Counted from the stretch's first letter, positions 10,747 to 20,953 are shown. The stretch is 64,000 bases of DNA from an uncultured virus (IMG/VR IMGVR_UViG_3300042868_013692) (IMGVR_UViG_3300042868_013692); one strand, 5' to 3'. Made by a program: numbers and translations. Notes: generated from the sequence alone by a model not told the origin.

Positions 10747-11555
10747 GTATTACAGACGTATTACAAGAATTTTAGACATAGGTGCGTACTTGCATAATTT
10801 TTTGATTTTAATCAAAAATAAAATTGGGAAGATGATCACTTTCTTATAGGAAAATGCCCTTTTTTCTTTGCATCTTCCCTTTACTTTTGACACACCTTAT
10901 GTTATAATCCGCCACAGATTTTTTAACGAGAGAATGCGGGTTTGAGGCGTGTTACAAGATTGGGATTTTATCGGCGTTAGCCCAGGCTGGGAACGAATGT
11001 CTGTTTTGCCGGTTTGGAGACGGCTGCGGGGAGCGATCGCTAAAAACACAAAACCCTTGCTGTGCGGAGATTGCAATATGTTTTTATCGCCAAGGCTGGA
11101 CAGATTTTAGGTTTTATGTCCGGTGGCACGGGCGTTAGTAGGGCGTTGGTGCAAATGGTTGGTTTGCGGCTTGGGGGGGACGGCTGCGGGGAGCGATCGC
11201 TAAAAACACAAAACCCTTGCTGTGCGGATATTGCAATATGTTTTTTGTCGCCAAGGCTGGACAGATTTTAGGTTTTTAAGCCGGTGGCACGGGCGTTGTT
11301 AGGGCGTTGGTACAAATGTTTGGGTTGTGGGGGACGGCTGCGGGAAATATTACCAAAAGCTGAAACCATTACTGTGCGGGGATTGCAATATGTTTCTTGT
11401 CGCCAAGGCTGGACAGATTTTAGGTTTTTAAGCCAGTAACACGGGCGTTGTTAGGGTGTTGGGGCAAATGTTTGGTTTATAGTTTTGGGTCGGCTGCGGG
11501 GGAAATATTACCAAAACACAAAACCCTTGCTGTGCGGGGATTACAATATGTTTTT
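10747..11555 (+). repeat. dispersed element copy 1: ~270-bp leader plus 4 tandem ~157-bp units (last partial)
   Basis: CGGCTGCGGG core at 11021, 11181, 11335 and 11491; leader shared with five other loci. Confidence 0.95.
10880..10908 (+). promoter_or_regulatory. promoter inside the repeat-element leader
   Basis: TTTACT-17 bp-TATAAT with extended TGn -10; kept in all copies (TTGACT in copy 3, TATACT in copies 2 and 6). Confidence 0.7.
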
Positions 11556-11571
11556 CTCCCAAAAGACATAA

Positions 11572-11610
11572 ACAAGCAGCACCATAAAATTAATTTATGG
11601 TGCTGCTTGT
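11572..11610. terminator. bidirectional terminator-like inverted repeat
   Basis: ACAAGCAGCACCATAAA...TTTATGGTGCTGCTTGT between the array and a convergent ORF. Confidence 0.7.
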
Positions 11611-11625
11611 AATTCTTGCTTATTA

Positions 11626-12462
11626 CTAACCTTCAAAGTCTGGATTGACCCACGCTCCTCTAACTCGAACTGGCTTAATATCTTTTCTTCCTTCCCCACA
11701 GGGCTGCAATCTCCAATGATGCGAACGATAGTGCTTTGATTTTTTTGCCGTTTCCTTTTGTCCTTCTCCCCTCTCGGTTATCCTGTTGTTGGTTTTTTCG
11801 TTGCCTAACCATCTTGGAAATCTATATTCTGATGGTTTTGCCATACCAAATCCCCTTGATTGTGTCGGGCTTTTCATTTCTTGCTGGATCTCTGGATAAT
11901 ATTGCAACAATAATATTGACTGCAAAACAATATTTCTAACTAAAAACGCTGCATCCTTTTCAAGTCCTGACAGAATAAATGGCGATTGCTTTATAGTTCC
12001 ATCCCACCTGATGCCCTTACCAGAAAAAAGTAATGTGTTATTTGAGTCGAAGCACCCCCAAAAAATTAAATACTTGTATTCGTTGTTTTCGCTGTTCTTG
12101 ACATCATTTTCGACTATATCAACTATTAAATAGTCAATAAATCCGTTCCCCACTGGTGATTTTATTGTGGATTCTGGGAAACATAGCAAATACGTTGGTA
12201 CGCCCAAGTCAATGTTTTTAAACAGCGAAATATTATCACCAACATCAGTTTCTAACATCTCTTCAATTAGCGATCGGCGCACACAATAAACTGGATAACC
12301 GACAAACCATTTTTCATACAAGTAAGCAAGGTTTTTACCAACATTTATGTCATTTGTTAAATCGCAAGGTTTTTGTGCGGACAACAATGATATTTTGTCT
12401 GAGTGGTCTAAAAAGTTCGCCCATTTTATATAATCCTGTGGCAATTTGTATGGCTTTATCAT
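11626..12462 (-). CDS. hypothetical phage protein
   Basis: 278 aa; C-terminal HYRSHHWRLQPCG...VRGAWVN motif of a type seen in phage proteins. Confidence 0.8.
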   Translation of the reverse strand: MIKPYKLPQDYIKWANFLDHSDKISLLSAQKPCDLTNDINVGKNLAYLYEKWFVGYPVYCVRRSLIEEMLETDVGDNISLFKNIDLGVPTYLLCFPESTIKSPVGNGFIDYLIVDIVENDVKNSENNEYKYLIFWGCFDSNNTLLFSGKGIRWDGTIKQSPFILSGLEKDAAFLVRNIVLQSILLLQYYPEIQQEMKSPTQSRGFGMAKPSEYRFPRWLGNEKTNNRITERGEGQKETAKKSKHYRSHHWRLQPCGEGRKDIKPVRVRGAWVNPDFEG

Positions 12463-12922
12463 TGTATTTTTGTATTGTGTTTTTACTGTGTCTTGTTTTG
12501 CTTTTTATACGTAAACTTTTTGTCCGTCGTCTAAGTACAAGAATCTACTTTGTTCCATGATTTTACCATATTGATTTTACAAAATCAATATGGTAATTAT
12601 ATTGATTAAATATTGCTAAAATTGGAATCGCGCATCTTAACTGAAAGTCCAAGTGCAAAAAACAAAAACATGGACACAAAATTTGTGCCGTTTCGCAAAA
12701 TAAAATATGTTGCTTGCGAGTTGTGCGCTTTTGCGAATATTTGCAGCAACTCACAACAATAAATGTAGACGCGAGCCATAAAATATAATTTACGCTTTTT
12801 GATGTGTCGCAACTGATTTTTAATTTATAGAATTATCCAGAAAAAAATATTTTTTTAAAATAAATAGCAACAGAATGATATACAATATATTTTGAACACA
12901 GTTTAATCTATTTAGAATTTTT

Positions 12923-13420
12923 ATGAAAAGATCCACACAGGCTGGGAAAATTCAGACATTGTTTATCAATGGACAATACAACGAGACAACAGCAAAGGCT
13001 CTGATTGAGCAAAATATTCTTGAGTACAAAAACTCAAAAGGGAAAAAACCGCCAACAAGATATATTTTAAAAAGAGTATATAATGTAACGCCAAGCGGTA
13101 ACAATAAAAAATACCAAACCGCCTTAGATGAATTAGAATATTTAACGGGAATCTCATGGAGAAGAATATCTTCGGCAAGTGCTTCACTTCGAGAACAATG
13201 TTATTTAAAACAAGGTTTTTTAGTTCTTGGCAACAACTCAATCAACCTGAAACTAATCAATATGATTATTTCAAACGACATTAATTTAGTCCTGATTGTC
13301 GATAAAATTATTTACGACAACTGGGGTGAAGATGATATTTTTCTAAGCAAAGGTGCAGACTGCAAACTAAACTCATGCGATCGCGCAATGATGGCAAGAA
13401 TTAAAAGTTTGCTGTTATAA
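12923..13420 (+). CDS. hypothetical protein
   Basis: 165-aa basic ORF. Confidence 0.65.
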   Translation: MKRSTQAGKIQTLFINGQYNETTAKALIEQNILEYKNSKGKKPPTRYILKRVYNVTPSGNNKKYQTALDELEYLTGISWRRISSASASLREQCYLKQGFLVLGNNSINLKLINMIISNDINLVLIVDKIIYDNWGEDDIFLSKGADCKLNSCDRAMMARIKSLLL

Positions 13421-13572
13421 TAGTCGGTGGTAGTTAAGAATCTAGAGACACTTTGATAATGGTGAAAAATTTCACCATTATTTTTGCCCTGTTTGTGATA
13501 TTGATTCAATATTAAATAAATATTAGATACACAAAAACAATATATTGGTTTTAATTAGTGGCGATTGTCCGC

Positions 13573-13869
13573 CAAGAGGAAAGCGGTAGCGTTGGGAGCT
13601 TCGCGTCTTCAGACCGAAGGGGAAAACGCACACGGGCGAATTGATTCGCCTTCAATATTGTGTTACAATTAAGTTGTCAGTACAAGACACAAAAACCTAC
13701 CGGGGGACTCTCGGAAAGTATACGCTTGTCAGATATGATTTCGCCCTTTGGGCAAACGAAGTCAGGGCAAGAACCCAATATTAAGGCAATGTCTGAAACT
13801 GGGATAACTGAGGGACATAGACTGAACCCCTCTATAGAATCTGCGTCTCTTTAGAGCGCAGAGTGTCAA
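13573..13869 (+). mobile_element. non-autonomous IS200/IS605 derivative (no TnpA or TnpB) retaining both ends and an omegaRNA-like region
   Basis: Left hairpin CTTCGCGTC-TTCA-GACCGAAG; TACCGGGGGACTCTCGGAAAGTATACGCTTG scaffold-like motif; right hairpin TCTGCGTCTC-TTTA-GAGCGCAGA then GTGTCAA. Confidence 0.7.
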
Positions 13870-13928
13870 ACCCCGCCAACTCAACAGAACTTAACCAAAC
13901 TTGAGCCTGATAATTGGGGTCAGAAAGC

Positions 13929-14174
13929 CTAGTCTTGCGGCTTATTTTCTTCTACTAGAGGTTCAATATTCGGCTGATTTTTGCTTTGCTCAAACCAAGC
14001 AACGCAAGATTCTAATACCGAATAAGCAACCCAACCACTATCTGTTAATTGGGATTGAGTTCTTACATTGTGTGCGTTTCTTGTCTTGGCTATACCTTGT
14101 ATTAATTCTTCTTGTGTTAAAGTAACACCTTCAGAATTTGTGTACTCATTGGGAATCTCAATCTTGATAAGCAT
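13929..14174 (-). CDS. small protein following a tail-fibre-like gene
   Basis: 81-aa ORF coupled to the upstream gene (TAATG overlap). Confidence 0.7.
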   Translation of the reverse strand: MLIKIEIPNEYTNSEGVTLTQEELIQGIAKTRNAHNVRTQSQLTDSGWVAYSVLESCVAWFEQSKNQPNIEPLVEENKPQD

Positions 14175-15556
14175 TAGTAGGAAACCTCGTTAAATTGTAA
14201 TGTACAGTTGACTCTAATAGTTGTGGATGATTGTCCGGTAAATTCTACTTTTAAACAACCATTAGTTGTGTCCGCAGAAATAGTAACAACCCAAGAACTT
14301 GCACCGCTATCTTGGGATATCAAAGTAGTCGTAACTAAACCCACTAAAAAAGTAGCAGCAGCATTAGCACCTCTTTTTATTAATCCTTTAAACTCCCAGC
14401 AAGAAGAATTGCCACCATTTGTTATTGCCGCTACTATTCTACCACTAAAAGCTAAAGTAGAATTGTTGCTTAAAGTTAGCTGGTTGGTTGTACCTGGTGC
14501 ATTTGCGTCAGAAGTTAATGTCGTTATTGTGGCATTTGTTGTTTGCTTTCCTAATACTAGAAAACCTGCTTGGTATTTATCTTGTAGTATGTTTTGTGGG
14601 AGTAATAGCACTCCAGATATACTTCTACTATTACTATTTGAAAAAACAACCGAATCTATACCATTAGATGTAGCGTTTTCTCCCAAAGCTATACTATTGC
14701 TACCACTAGCTGTACTATTTTTCCCTACCAGAAATGAGTTACCGCCACTAGCTACTTGAGACGCTAAAAGCCTTTGTAGCTGTAAATCAATAGCTCTAGT
14801 TCCTCGCGCATTACCTCCAGTAGCGGTATTGTCAGGGGTTTGGGTTACTAACGCGCCTGTATTACTGGGGGAAATTATTAAATTTGTATCCCAAGGCGAC
14901 CTGATTCCCTTACTACATTCAATTATCTGTTTACTAAAAGTGACACCGTTTGAGTATCTGAAACTAGAAAGAGAGTAAAATGAAGTAACAGTGGTATCAA
15001 TACTGGAAGTATTTAAAGGTGTAAATTCATTATCTGGTGAATTGAAAACGAATTTAACTGTATAAGGATACCCACCATTACCTTGCCCTGCAAGCCTAAA
15101 AAATATTTTGTAGATGCTAATATCATATTTCACTTCTAACCAGCACCCCTCATGTCCGTAAAAACCAACTTCTTCCTGAGCATCTAGTCTTTGCCAAGAA
15201 CCTGTAAATCCTGTAGCATAATGCCAGTGAAGATTATATATTTTCGCGCCTCTATACTCGCGGAAAATTTGTATTTGTACAAAATCTGATACTCCTGAAA
15301 ATGATCCTAACTCAATTACCGTGTTAGAAACGTTAGGCATAGTGCCAGAAACGTAGCTCACTTTTGATTGGCTATACCATGTATCACCATTCCAGTAAAA
15401 ATCTGTTCCATTAGCAGAGTTATACCATCTATCTCTAGCCACTAAACCACTACCATCAGGTCTAGTAGTTGGTTTAGTGCTTTGATTTATATAACACACA
15501 TTATTAATTAAAGCCCCATTTGGAATAATGCTGGGGGACACGTAAATCATTCCCAT
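14174..15556 (-). CDS. tail-fibre/virion structural protein
   Basis: Gly/Ser/Thr/Asn-rich; TGGNARGTRAIDLQ and YadA-like ASGSNSIALG repeats. Confidence 0.75.
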   Translation of the reverse strand: MGMIYVSPSIIPNGALINNVCYINQSTKPTTRPDGSGLVARDRWYNSANGTDFYWNGDTWYSQSKVSYVSGTMPNVSNTVIELGSFSGVSDFVQIQIFREYRGAKIYNLHWHYATGFTGSWQRLDAQEEVGFYGHEGCWLEVKYDISIYKIFFRLAGQGNGGYPYTVKFVFNSPDNEFTPLNTSSIDTTVTSFYSLSSFRYSNGVTFSKQIIECSKGIRSPWDTNLIISPSNTGALVTQTPDNTATGGNARGTRAIDLQLQRLLASQVASGGNSFLVGKNSTASGSNSIALGENATSNGIDSVVFSNSNSRSISGVLLLPQNILQDKYQAGFLVLGKQTTNATITTLTSDANAPGTTNQLTLSNNSTLAFSGRIVAAITNGGNSSCWEFKGLIKRGANAAATFLVGLVTTTLISQDSGASSWVVTISADTTNGCLKVEFTGQSSTTIRVNCTLQFNEVSY

Positions 15557-16206
15557 TATTTATACCTCACTTCTGCATAAATTGGAGTTATTGGTGCTAT
15601 TGTTGAACTGTCAGCAAGTCCAGTTACACAAGCAATAGAAATACCTGTAGAAAACACTTCTTGAGGAATCAACGAAGCTTCAAGAAAGTTAATGCCTGGA
15701 TTACTAGCACTACCGCCAGGGACAGCTTGAGTTAGCAAAACAGGAGAAATACCCACAGTTACGTTAGTTGCCAAATTGTAAAACTTTACATACACAGTTA
15801 CAGAGTTAGTATTGATAAAGTTCCACCCCATAACCAAGCCGTCAGAAGCTTTTACCTGTACAGCAGTATTAGTTAATGTTGGATTTCTGCTAGTTAAGTA
15901 TCCTGACTCGGCGGCTAAATCTACAGGGATTCTTCCATTAACTGAAATTGGTATTTCGTTTCTCAATAAAGAAAAAATGGAAAATAAAATTCCCAATAGT
16001 GTTTTTGGTGAATTATTGTTATAACTACCAGAACTAATTTCCTCCAAAAATGGGGCTGGTACTTCACTTTCTTGAACTTCTTCAACAAAATTATCAGACA
16101 GCAACGCACTAATCTCTTCTGGAGTTGCATAAATGTGTTCTCCGAAAGTGAAATATCTATTGTTGTACGACACTTTTCCACGAATAACTTTATAAAAATT
16201 TGACAT
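15556..16206 (-). CDS. probable virion structural protein
   Basis: 216 aa, beta-rich C-terminus, coupled to the tail-fibre-like gene. Confidence 0.65.
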   Translation of the reverse strand: MSNFYKVIRGKVSYNNRYFTFGEHIYATPEEISALLSDNFVEEVQESEVPAPFLEEISSGSYNNNSPKTLLGILFSIFSLLRNEIPISVNGRIPVDLAAESGYLTSRNPTLTNTAVQVKASDGLVMGWNFINTNSVTVYVKFYNLATNVTVGISPVLLTQAVPGGSASNPGINFLEASLIPQEVFSTGISIACVTGLADSSTIAPITPIYAEVRYK

Positions 16207-16445
16207 ATCTTAATTCTTTTATTTTGGCATATTCTTTTAGTCTAAACCATCTGTGATTATTTTAACAGATGCCGACGAGGAGCTTTAGCGTCTTTCTACA
16301 CAAAATTGCACTATTATATTTAATTATCACCACGAAAGACATATTTAAAAACCCTGCACTAAGTTTTACGAAGTGCAGGGTTTTTATGTAATTAGGAGTA
16401 TTCCATCAAGTACACTATACACGATAATTGTGTGCGCCACAATTA

Positions 16446-16961
16446 TCAATCTCTTGTCAAATTATTTTTGACTTCTTTGATAATTGAATCGTCAGGAATC
16501 CACAATCCCTGGTGTCCTTTTATGGGGATAGGCTTTGTTAAGCGATTAGTGTTTGATAATTCCCAAGCATATCTTCCTGCTTGCCAATTACCGCATAGCC
16601 ACTCCAAGAGAGGTGGTCTTTCTCCATTTATAAAAGCATCATCATTGTCTCCATTGTTAGCTGTCATTTGATCACAATTAGTTAAGTCAACCACACAAAG
16701 AACTTTACCCAATGGCAAATACTCTGTGTAAGTTGTGTTTACGCCAAGAAAATCCAACCTCCTCCTATCAAAAGCCCCTATATCAGTTAAATCAAAAATT
16801 TTGTTAATTAATTCGCTGTTTGGTACATATTTCTTTTTAGTAGAGCAGATTAAAAGCTTGCCTCTATATTTTGTACTCCATGATCTCGTCTCACGTTTTT
16901 TAATCTCCAATGCAATAAGAGATGCCCAGGGTTGGTGCAGAGAAATTGCTTTGTATTCCAT
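16446..16961 (-). CDS. ASCH-domain protein
   Basis: KAISLHQPWASLI..KKRETRSWSTKYRGKLLI...PIPIKGHQGLW. Confidence 0.9.
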   Translation of the reverse strand: MEYKAISLHQPWASLIALEIKKRETRSWSTKYRGKLLICSTKKKYVPNSELINKIFDLTDIGAFDRRRLDFLGVNTTYTEYLPLGKVLCVVDLTNCDQMTANNGDNDDAFINGERPPLLEWLCGNWQAGRYAWELSNTNRLTKPIPIKGHQGLWIPDDSIIKEVKNNLTRD

Positions 16962-17281
16962 TTATTTAATCCTAATTCTGATTTGCGCTAAATTTAGACA
17001 AGTCGTTTCTACAATTGGCAGGGTTCTTCAGTTTCTTTTTTATAATCTATATCAGTCGCTGCCATCAATTTGGCATTCATTAAACTCGTGTGCAGCAAAT
17101 TCCCTGGTAAAGAAATCGAAGGCTTGAATTCTAAATCTGTAGCTTTTGTAGATTTTTCAAGAAGTTCTAATTCAGATTCGATAAGTTTTTTGCTTCTATC
17201 AATGCTTTTTTGTATTGTCTGATGTATTTTTGATCAATCATTTTTATAATTTCCCTGTGCTGCTTACTAATTCCTGTGTTT

Positions 17282-17310
17282 ATAATACTATGGCTAACAA
17301 ACAAAGTCAA
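17282..17310 (-). promoter_or_regulatory. conserved phage promoter
   Basis: TTGACT-TTGTTTGTTAGCCATAG-TATTAT. Confidence 0.8.
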
Positions 17311-17333
17311 CCCTGCTTTCAAAATCATTTTTA

Positions 17334-17755
17334 TATTACAAACGTATTACAAGAATTTTAAATACAGGTGCGTGTTTGCATAATTTTTTGATTTTAATCG
17401 AAAATAAAGTTGGGAAGATGATCACTTTCTTATAGGAAACTGTCCTTTTTTCTTTGCATCTTCCCTTTACTTTTGACACGCCTTATGTTATACTCCGCCA
17501 CAGATTTTTTAACGAGAGAATGCGGGTTTGAGGCGTGTTACAAGATTTTGATTTTGGCGACATTGGAAAAGGCTGGGTGCAAGTGTCTGTTTTGCCGGTT
17601 TGGAGACGGCTGCGGGGGAGCGATCGCCAAAGCTGCCAGCCTTACTGCGCGGGGATTGCAATATGTTTTTAGCAGTAAAACTGGGTATCCATTGGGCTTT
17701 CTGCCTATGGTGCGGGGCGTTGGCGAGGCGCAAAGGCTTCGTTGCGGGTTGATTA
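17334..17755 (+). repeat. dispersed element copy 2: leader plus 1 divergent unit
   Basis: Same leader (GGGAAGATG...CATCTTCCC, promoter) and GACGGCTGCGGGGGAGCGATCGC core. Confidence 0.9.
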
Positions 17756-17795
17756 GGTTGGCACTCAGTAACATGGAAAATATCTAAAAATAGGG

Positions 17796-17824
17796 TTGAC
17801 TTTGGGTGTTATCCATAGTATTAT
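17796..17824 (+). promoter_or_regulatory. conserved phage promoter
   Basis: TTGACT-TTGGGTGTTATCCATAG-TATTAT. Confidence 0.8.
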
Positions 17825-17853
17825 AGATAAAGAAATAAAAACCAAGAAAGCAA

Positions 17854-18246
17854 ATGCAAACCGAATTAATTAACTTATCTACAGGACTAGAAAACGTTTT
17901 TCCTCCTGATTGGGCTATGTTGTACGACCCAAAAACAAGATATAAAAAACTTGTCGAGGTTGTAAAAAAAACAAAAACACAAATTACCATCAAAGGAGAA
18001 ACTAAATACAATATCTCGAAAGGAATTACCATTAATGGAGAAACTAAATACAATATCTCGACAGGAAAAATAGTGCCAAGCAACCCAAATCATGCTTATT
18101 TACTAAGAGCTTTAACACTAGAGGAAATTGATGACATTGGCCGATTAGAAGCAAGAGAGTTTATTATTTGCGATATCAAAGAAAACCTTCATTCTTTAGA
18201 TATTGATTCCTTGACAGAAATGGCTAAAGCTTATTTTAGTGACTAG
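17854..18246 (+). CDS. hypothetical protein with an internal 42-bp duplication
   Basis: ITIKGETKYNISKG-ITINGETKYNISTG. Confidence 0.75.
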   Translation: MQTELINLSTGLENVFPPDWAMLYDPKTRYKKLVEVVKKTKTQITIKGETKYNISKGITINGETKYNISTGKIVPSNPNHAYLLRALTLEEIDDIGRLEAREFIICDIKENLHSLDIDSLTEMAKAYFSD

Positions 18247-18526
18247 ACATCATTAAAACGAGAAAAAAAGAGCATAAAAGAAACCAAAGAACAAGTGTAA
18301 AGCTAATGAACAGAGAAACAGAAATAAAGTTTCAAGCAGCTACCAGTAATAAGATATCTTCTTTTGAACTTTCAGCGATTACTGAAATGGTGGCTAATGA
18401 AGAGTGTTGAAGTATTAGATAGTAGCCAGATACTAGAAAATATGTTAGACCCCAGAAATATATCTAATTCTCCTGGAGACAGAGTACGTAAACGGGTTGA
18501 ACTGTTAAAGAAAGAGGAAAACTAAA

Positions 18527-18799
18527 ATGATTATTTGCCTAATAGAAACCTATAAATACTCGTGGGAGGGTCAAGGTGAGATGTACATAATAGATACCTC
18601 TCTATTGAGTTCTGAACCTTTCAGGTCGTTTCTAGAGTCTGCACCAAGCTCGCTATATATTGGGGATGGAGAGTTTTGCACAAGCGAGAAACTAGGCTGG
18701 AGTTGGCAGTATGAGTCAGATATTCAGAGAGCAGTAGTGAAACCGCCGCAGCTAGTTGAGAAGTTAGTATCAGTAACGTTTGATAACCTAGCAGAATAA
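18527..18799 (+). CDS. hypothetical protein
   Basis: GAGG RBS; followed by a hairpin terminator. Confidence 0.7.
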   Translation: MIICLIETYKYSWEGQGEMYIIDTSLLSSEPFRSFLESAPSSLYIGDGEFCTSEKLGWSWQYESDIQRAVVKPPQLVEKLVSVTFDNLAE

Positions 18800-19268
18800 A
18801 GCCCATAAGAGTTTATCTTATGGGCTTTAGCAGAAGGGTACAAAGAGGAAGTCTATAACTTAATAACCCAGCTTAGGTTTGAACACCAGGAGTTAACAGA
18901 ATACTTCAACAACAAAACCTAAAACAGGAATAAAACAATGCTTAACGAATTAAAGGAAATTCTGTATTCAGTGCAGCTAGTAAGACAACTGCTTGGTGGT
19001 AGTTGGTATCTTGTAGCTGACTACAACAGAGACAAAGCTGTGTGGTCTACAAAACCACCGGATGGCTATCAAGTTCTAGATGTAGAAGAATGGGTTTAAG
19101 TCTACAATATCAACATAAGTAAGAGGAAACAAATATGCCCCTGACAAAACAACTTGAAGATTTATTCTCAGAATTAAACGCAAATCCTTCCCCTACCTAC
19201 AGCCAGCTAAAGGAGGAAAATTAGGAAATGTTAAAGCAGATCAGAATTGGCTTGATGGCAACCGCTTA

Positions 19269-19550
19269 GTGTTTAGGAGCGCAATTTCGGAAGTTTTAGA
19301 TTGCTACCAAACTGACTCGCTCATTAAGAATACAACAGATCTACTAGATAAAAACCTTGGACATTCTAACTGGATAGAAGATATCGGAGAAAACCCAGAA
19401 GGAACTGCTGAAGCTTATACCAAGTTGTATAAAGACTTAGACTTAAACAAGTTTTGGACTCAAGTAGGACTAACTGTAACTGTAGGAGAGAACTGTAGGG
19501 TTGCTACTGAACAACCAGAGGATGATTGTTTTATAGGGAATAGACAATGA
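19269..19550 (+). CDS. hypothetical protein
   Basis: Stop overlaps the next ATG (ATGA); start uncertain. Confidence 0.55.
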   Translation: MFRSAISEVLDCYQTDSLIKNTTDLLDKNLGHSNWIEDIGENPEGTAEAYTKLYKDLDLNKFWTQVGLTVTVGENCRVATEQPEDDCFIGNRQ

Positions 19551-20635
19551 AGAGAACTGAAGTTGAACAAAGAGCAATCTTTATAGGTTTAGCTGGTAGT
19601 CATGGTTATGGTTTAAACCGTCCCGAATCAGACTACGACTATCGAGGTGTGTTTATTGCCCCGAAGTCCTACTATCTAGGATTTAATACCATTGAGCAGA
19701 AGGATGCTGGCTGGGATGAACCAGGGCTGTTTCCTTTTATAGATGGCAATGAAGACACTGTAATTTATGAGTTAAGAAAAGTTACTCAATTACTGGCTAA
19801 TGCTAACCCCAACGTCTTAGAGCTGCTATGGCTAACAAACTACCCCTTCAAGAGTGAAGTTGGTCAGCATCTGATAGACCACCGTGACCTCTTTCTCAGC
19901 AAGAAGGTAAAGCATACCTACACAGGTTACGCATTTGCTCAAATTAAGAAGATAGAAACTCACCGCAAGTGGCTTCTAAGCCCACCTAGCAAACAGCCTC
20001 TCCCGTCAGACTTTGGTATTACTAATGAAGAACCCTTATCAAAAGAAGAGCTAAACGCGTTCTTAGAATATCTTTACTTGTTAGTGAGAGGCAAAGTTGA
20101 GTACCTGGAAAAGTCGGAAGAGTTATACAAGCTCCTCACTGCCGATATTGACTTTAAAGGTCTGTTAAAACAGCACCCTCTACCTGACGACACTCTAGAG
20201 TATACAGAAAAGCTGACTTATGGGCGTAAAGACTTTATCAGACTTCTTCAGAAGAGCCAGGGCTACCACAACGCTTTAAGAGAATGGAATGCTTATCTAT
20301 CCTGGCAGAAGAATAGAAACCCTGCTAGGGCTGGTATGGAGCGGCTGGCTGGCTATGATCTTAAACACGGAATGCACTGCATTAGATTGTTAAAAGGTGG
20401 TGTAGAGATTCTGCAGGGTAAGGGAGTCTTGGTTGACAGAAACCTGGCTGGTGATGCTGCTGAGTTAAAGGCTATCTTAAAAGGCGACTACTCCTATGAG
20501 GAACTAAAACAACTGTCAGAAGACCTGCTTGCCCAGATGATTGTAGTGTACGAGCAATCAACACTGCCCCACCACCCTAACCAAAACAAGATTAATGACC
20601 TGTGTATGGAACTAGTAGAAATGCAAGGTTGGTAG
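19547..20635 (+). CDS. Pol-beta superfamily nucleotidyltransferase (YcgL/RlaP-like)
   Basis: GSHGYGLNRPESDYDYRGVF (hGS...DxD), ANPNVLELLW, GYDLKHGMHCIRLL. Confidence 0.88.
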   Translation: MKRTEVEQRAIFIGLAGSHGYGLNRPESDYDYRGVFIAPKSYYLGFNTIEQKDAGWDEPGLFPFIDGNEDTVIYELRKVTQLLANANPNVLELLWLTNYPFKSEVGQHLIDHRDLFLSKKVKHTYTGYAFAQIKKIETHRKWLLSPPSKQPLPSDFGITNEEPLSKEELNAFLEYLYLLVRGKVEYLEKSEELYKLLTADIDFKGLLKQHPLPDDTLEYTEKLTYGRKDFIRLLQKSQGYHNALREWNAYLSWQKNRNPARAGMERLAGYDLKHGMHCIRLLKGGVEILQGKGVLVDRNLAGDAAELKAILKGDYSYEELKQLSEDLLAQMIVVYEQSTLPHHPNQNKINDLCMELVEMQGW

Positions 20636-20747
20636 GTTTTTAACAACTAAGTTATAATAAGACTAAGGGACCGCAAAACGCCTTGCTTTAAGCAGAACGG
20701 ATAGTCCGCGCTGAGAGTATATGCGCCCAGTATAAAGGTAAGCTGGT

Positions 20748-20846
20748 TGGTAGGTGGCAGATCGGAGACGCTCTTGTCTAGTGCTGTTTAGACGTGAACA
20801 GTGCGGTGGCACAAGGAAAGTTAGGTTCGACTCCTAACCCTACTAA
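20748..20846 (+). ncRNA. tRNA-like RNA with an elongated anticodon arm
   Basis: Acceptor TGGTAGG/CCTACTA, D-arm-like TGGCAGATCGGAGACGC, T arm GTTAGG-TTCGACT-CCTAAC, stem CTTGT/ACAAG enclosing 33 nt. Confidence 0.7.
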
Positions 20847-20924
20847 TTGCCCATAAATGCTCCTTGAAGGTTATACGTTTTAGGCTAGTTGGGGCAAAGC
20901 TAGTCTAAAACTTTCTCAATCAAG

Positions 20925-20953
20925 TTGACAGTTCGTTAAAGTTGTGCTACACT
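20925..20953 (+). promoter_or_regulatory. promoter of the tRNA cluster
   Basis: TTGACA-17 bp-TACACT with extended TG. Confidence 0.7.

Noticed and set aside
10888..10908. TTGACA as the -35 box of the leader promoter
   Set aside because: It lies only 10 bp from TATAAT; the upstream TTTACT gives the correct 17-bp spacing
11062..11271. ORFs within the repeat elements (also 17473-17787, 27114-27311, 28922-29128, 29392-29640, 59717-59911)
   Set aside because: Frames, starts and stops are not conserved between copies, and most unit lengths are not multiples of three
11019..11555. CRISPR array interpretation of the GC-rich tandem units (also 28979-29590)
   Set aside because: Whole ~157-bp units are homologous end to end; there are no unique spacers between short identical repeats and no cas genes
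14208..14759. Long antisense ORFs (also 31854-32387, 38213-38770, 51480-52076)
   Set aside because: They are shadows on the opposite strand of well-supported genes
20667..20710. c-di-GMP-I (GEMM) riboswitch suggested by GGGACCGCAAAAC
   Set aside because: The upstream GGCAAACC and GNRA hairpin half of the motif is absent
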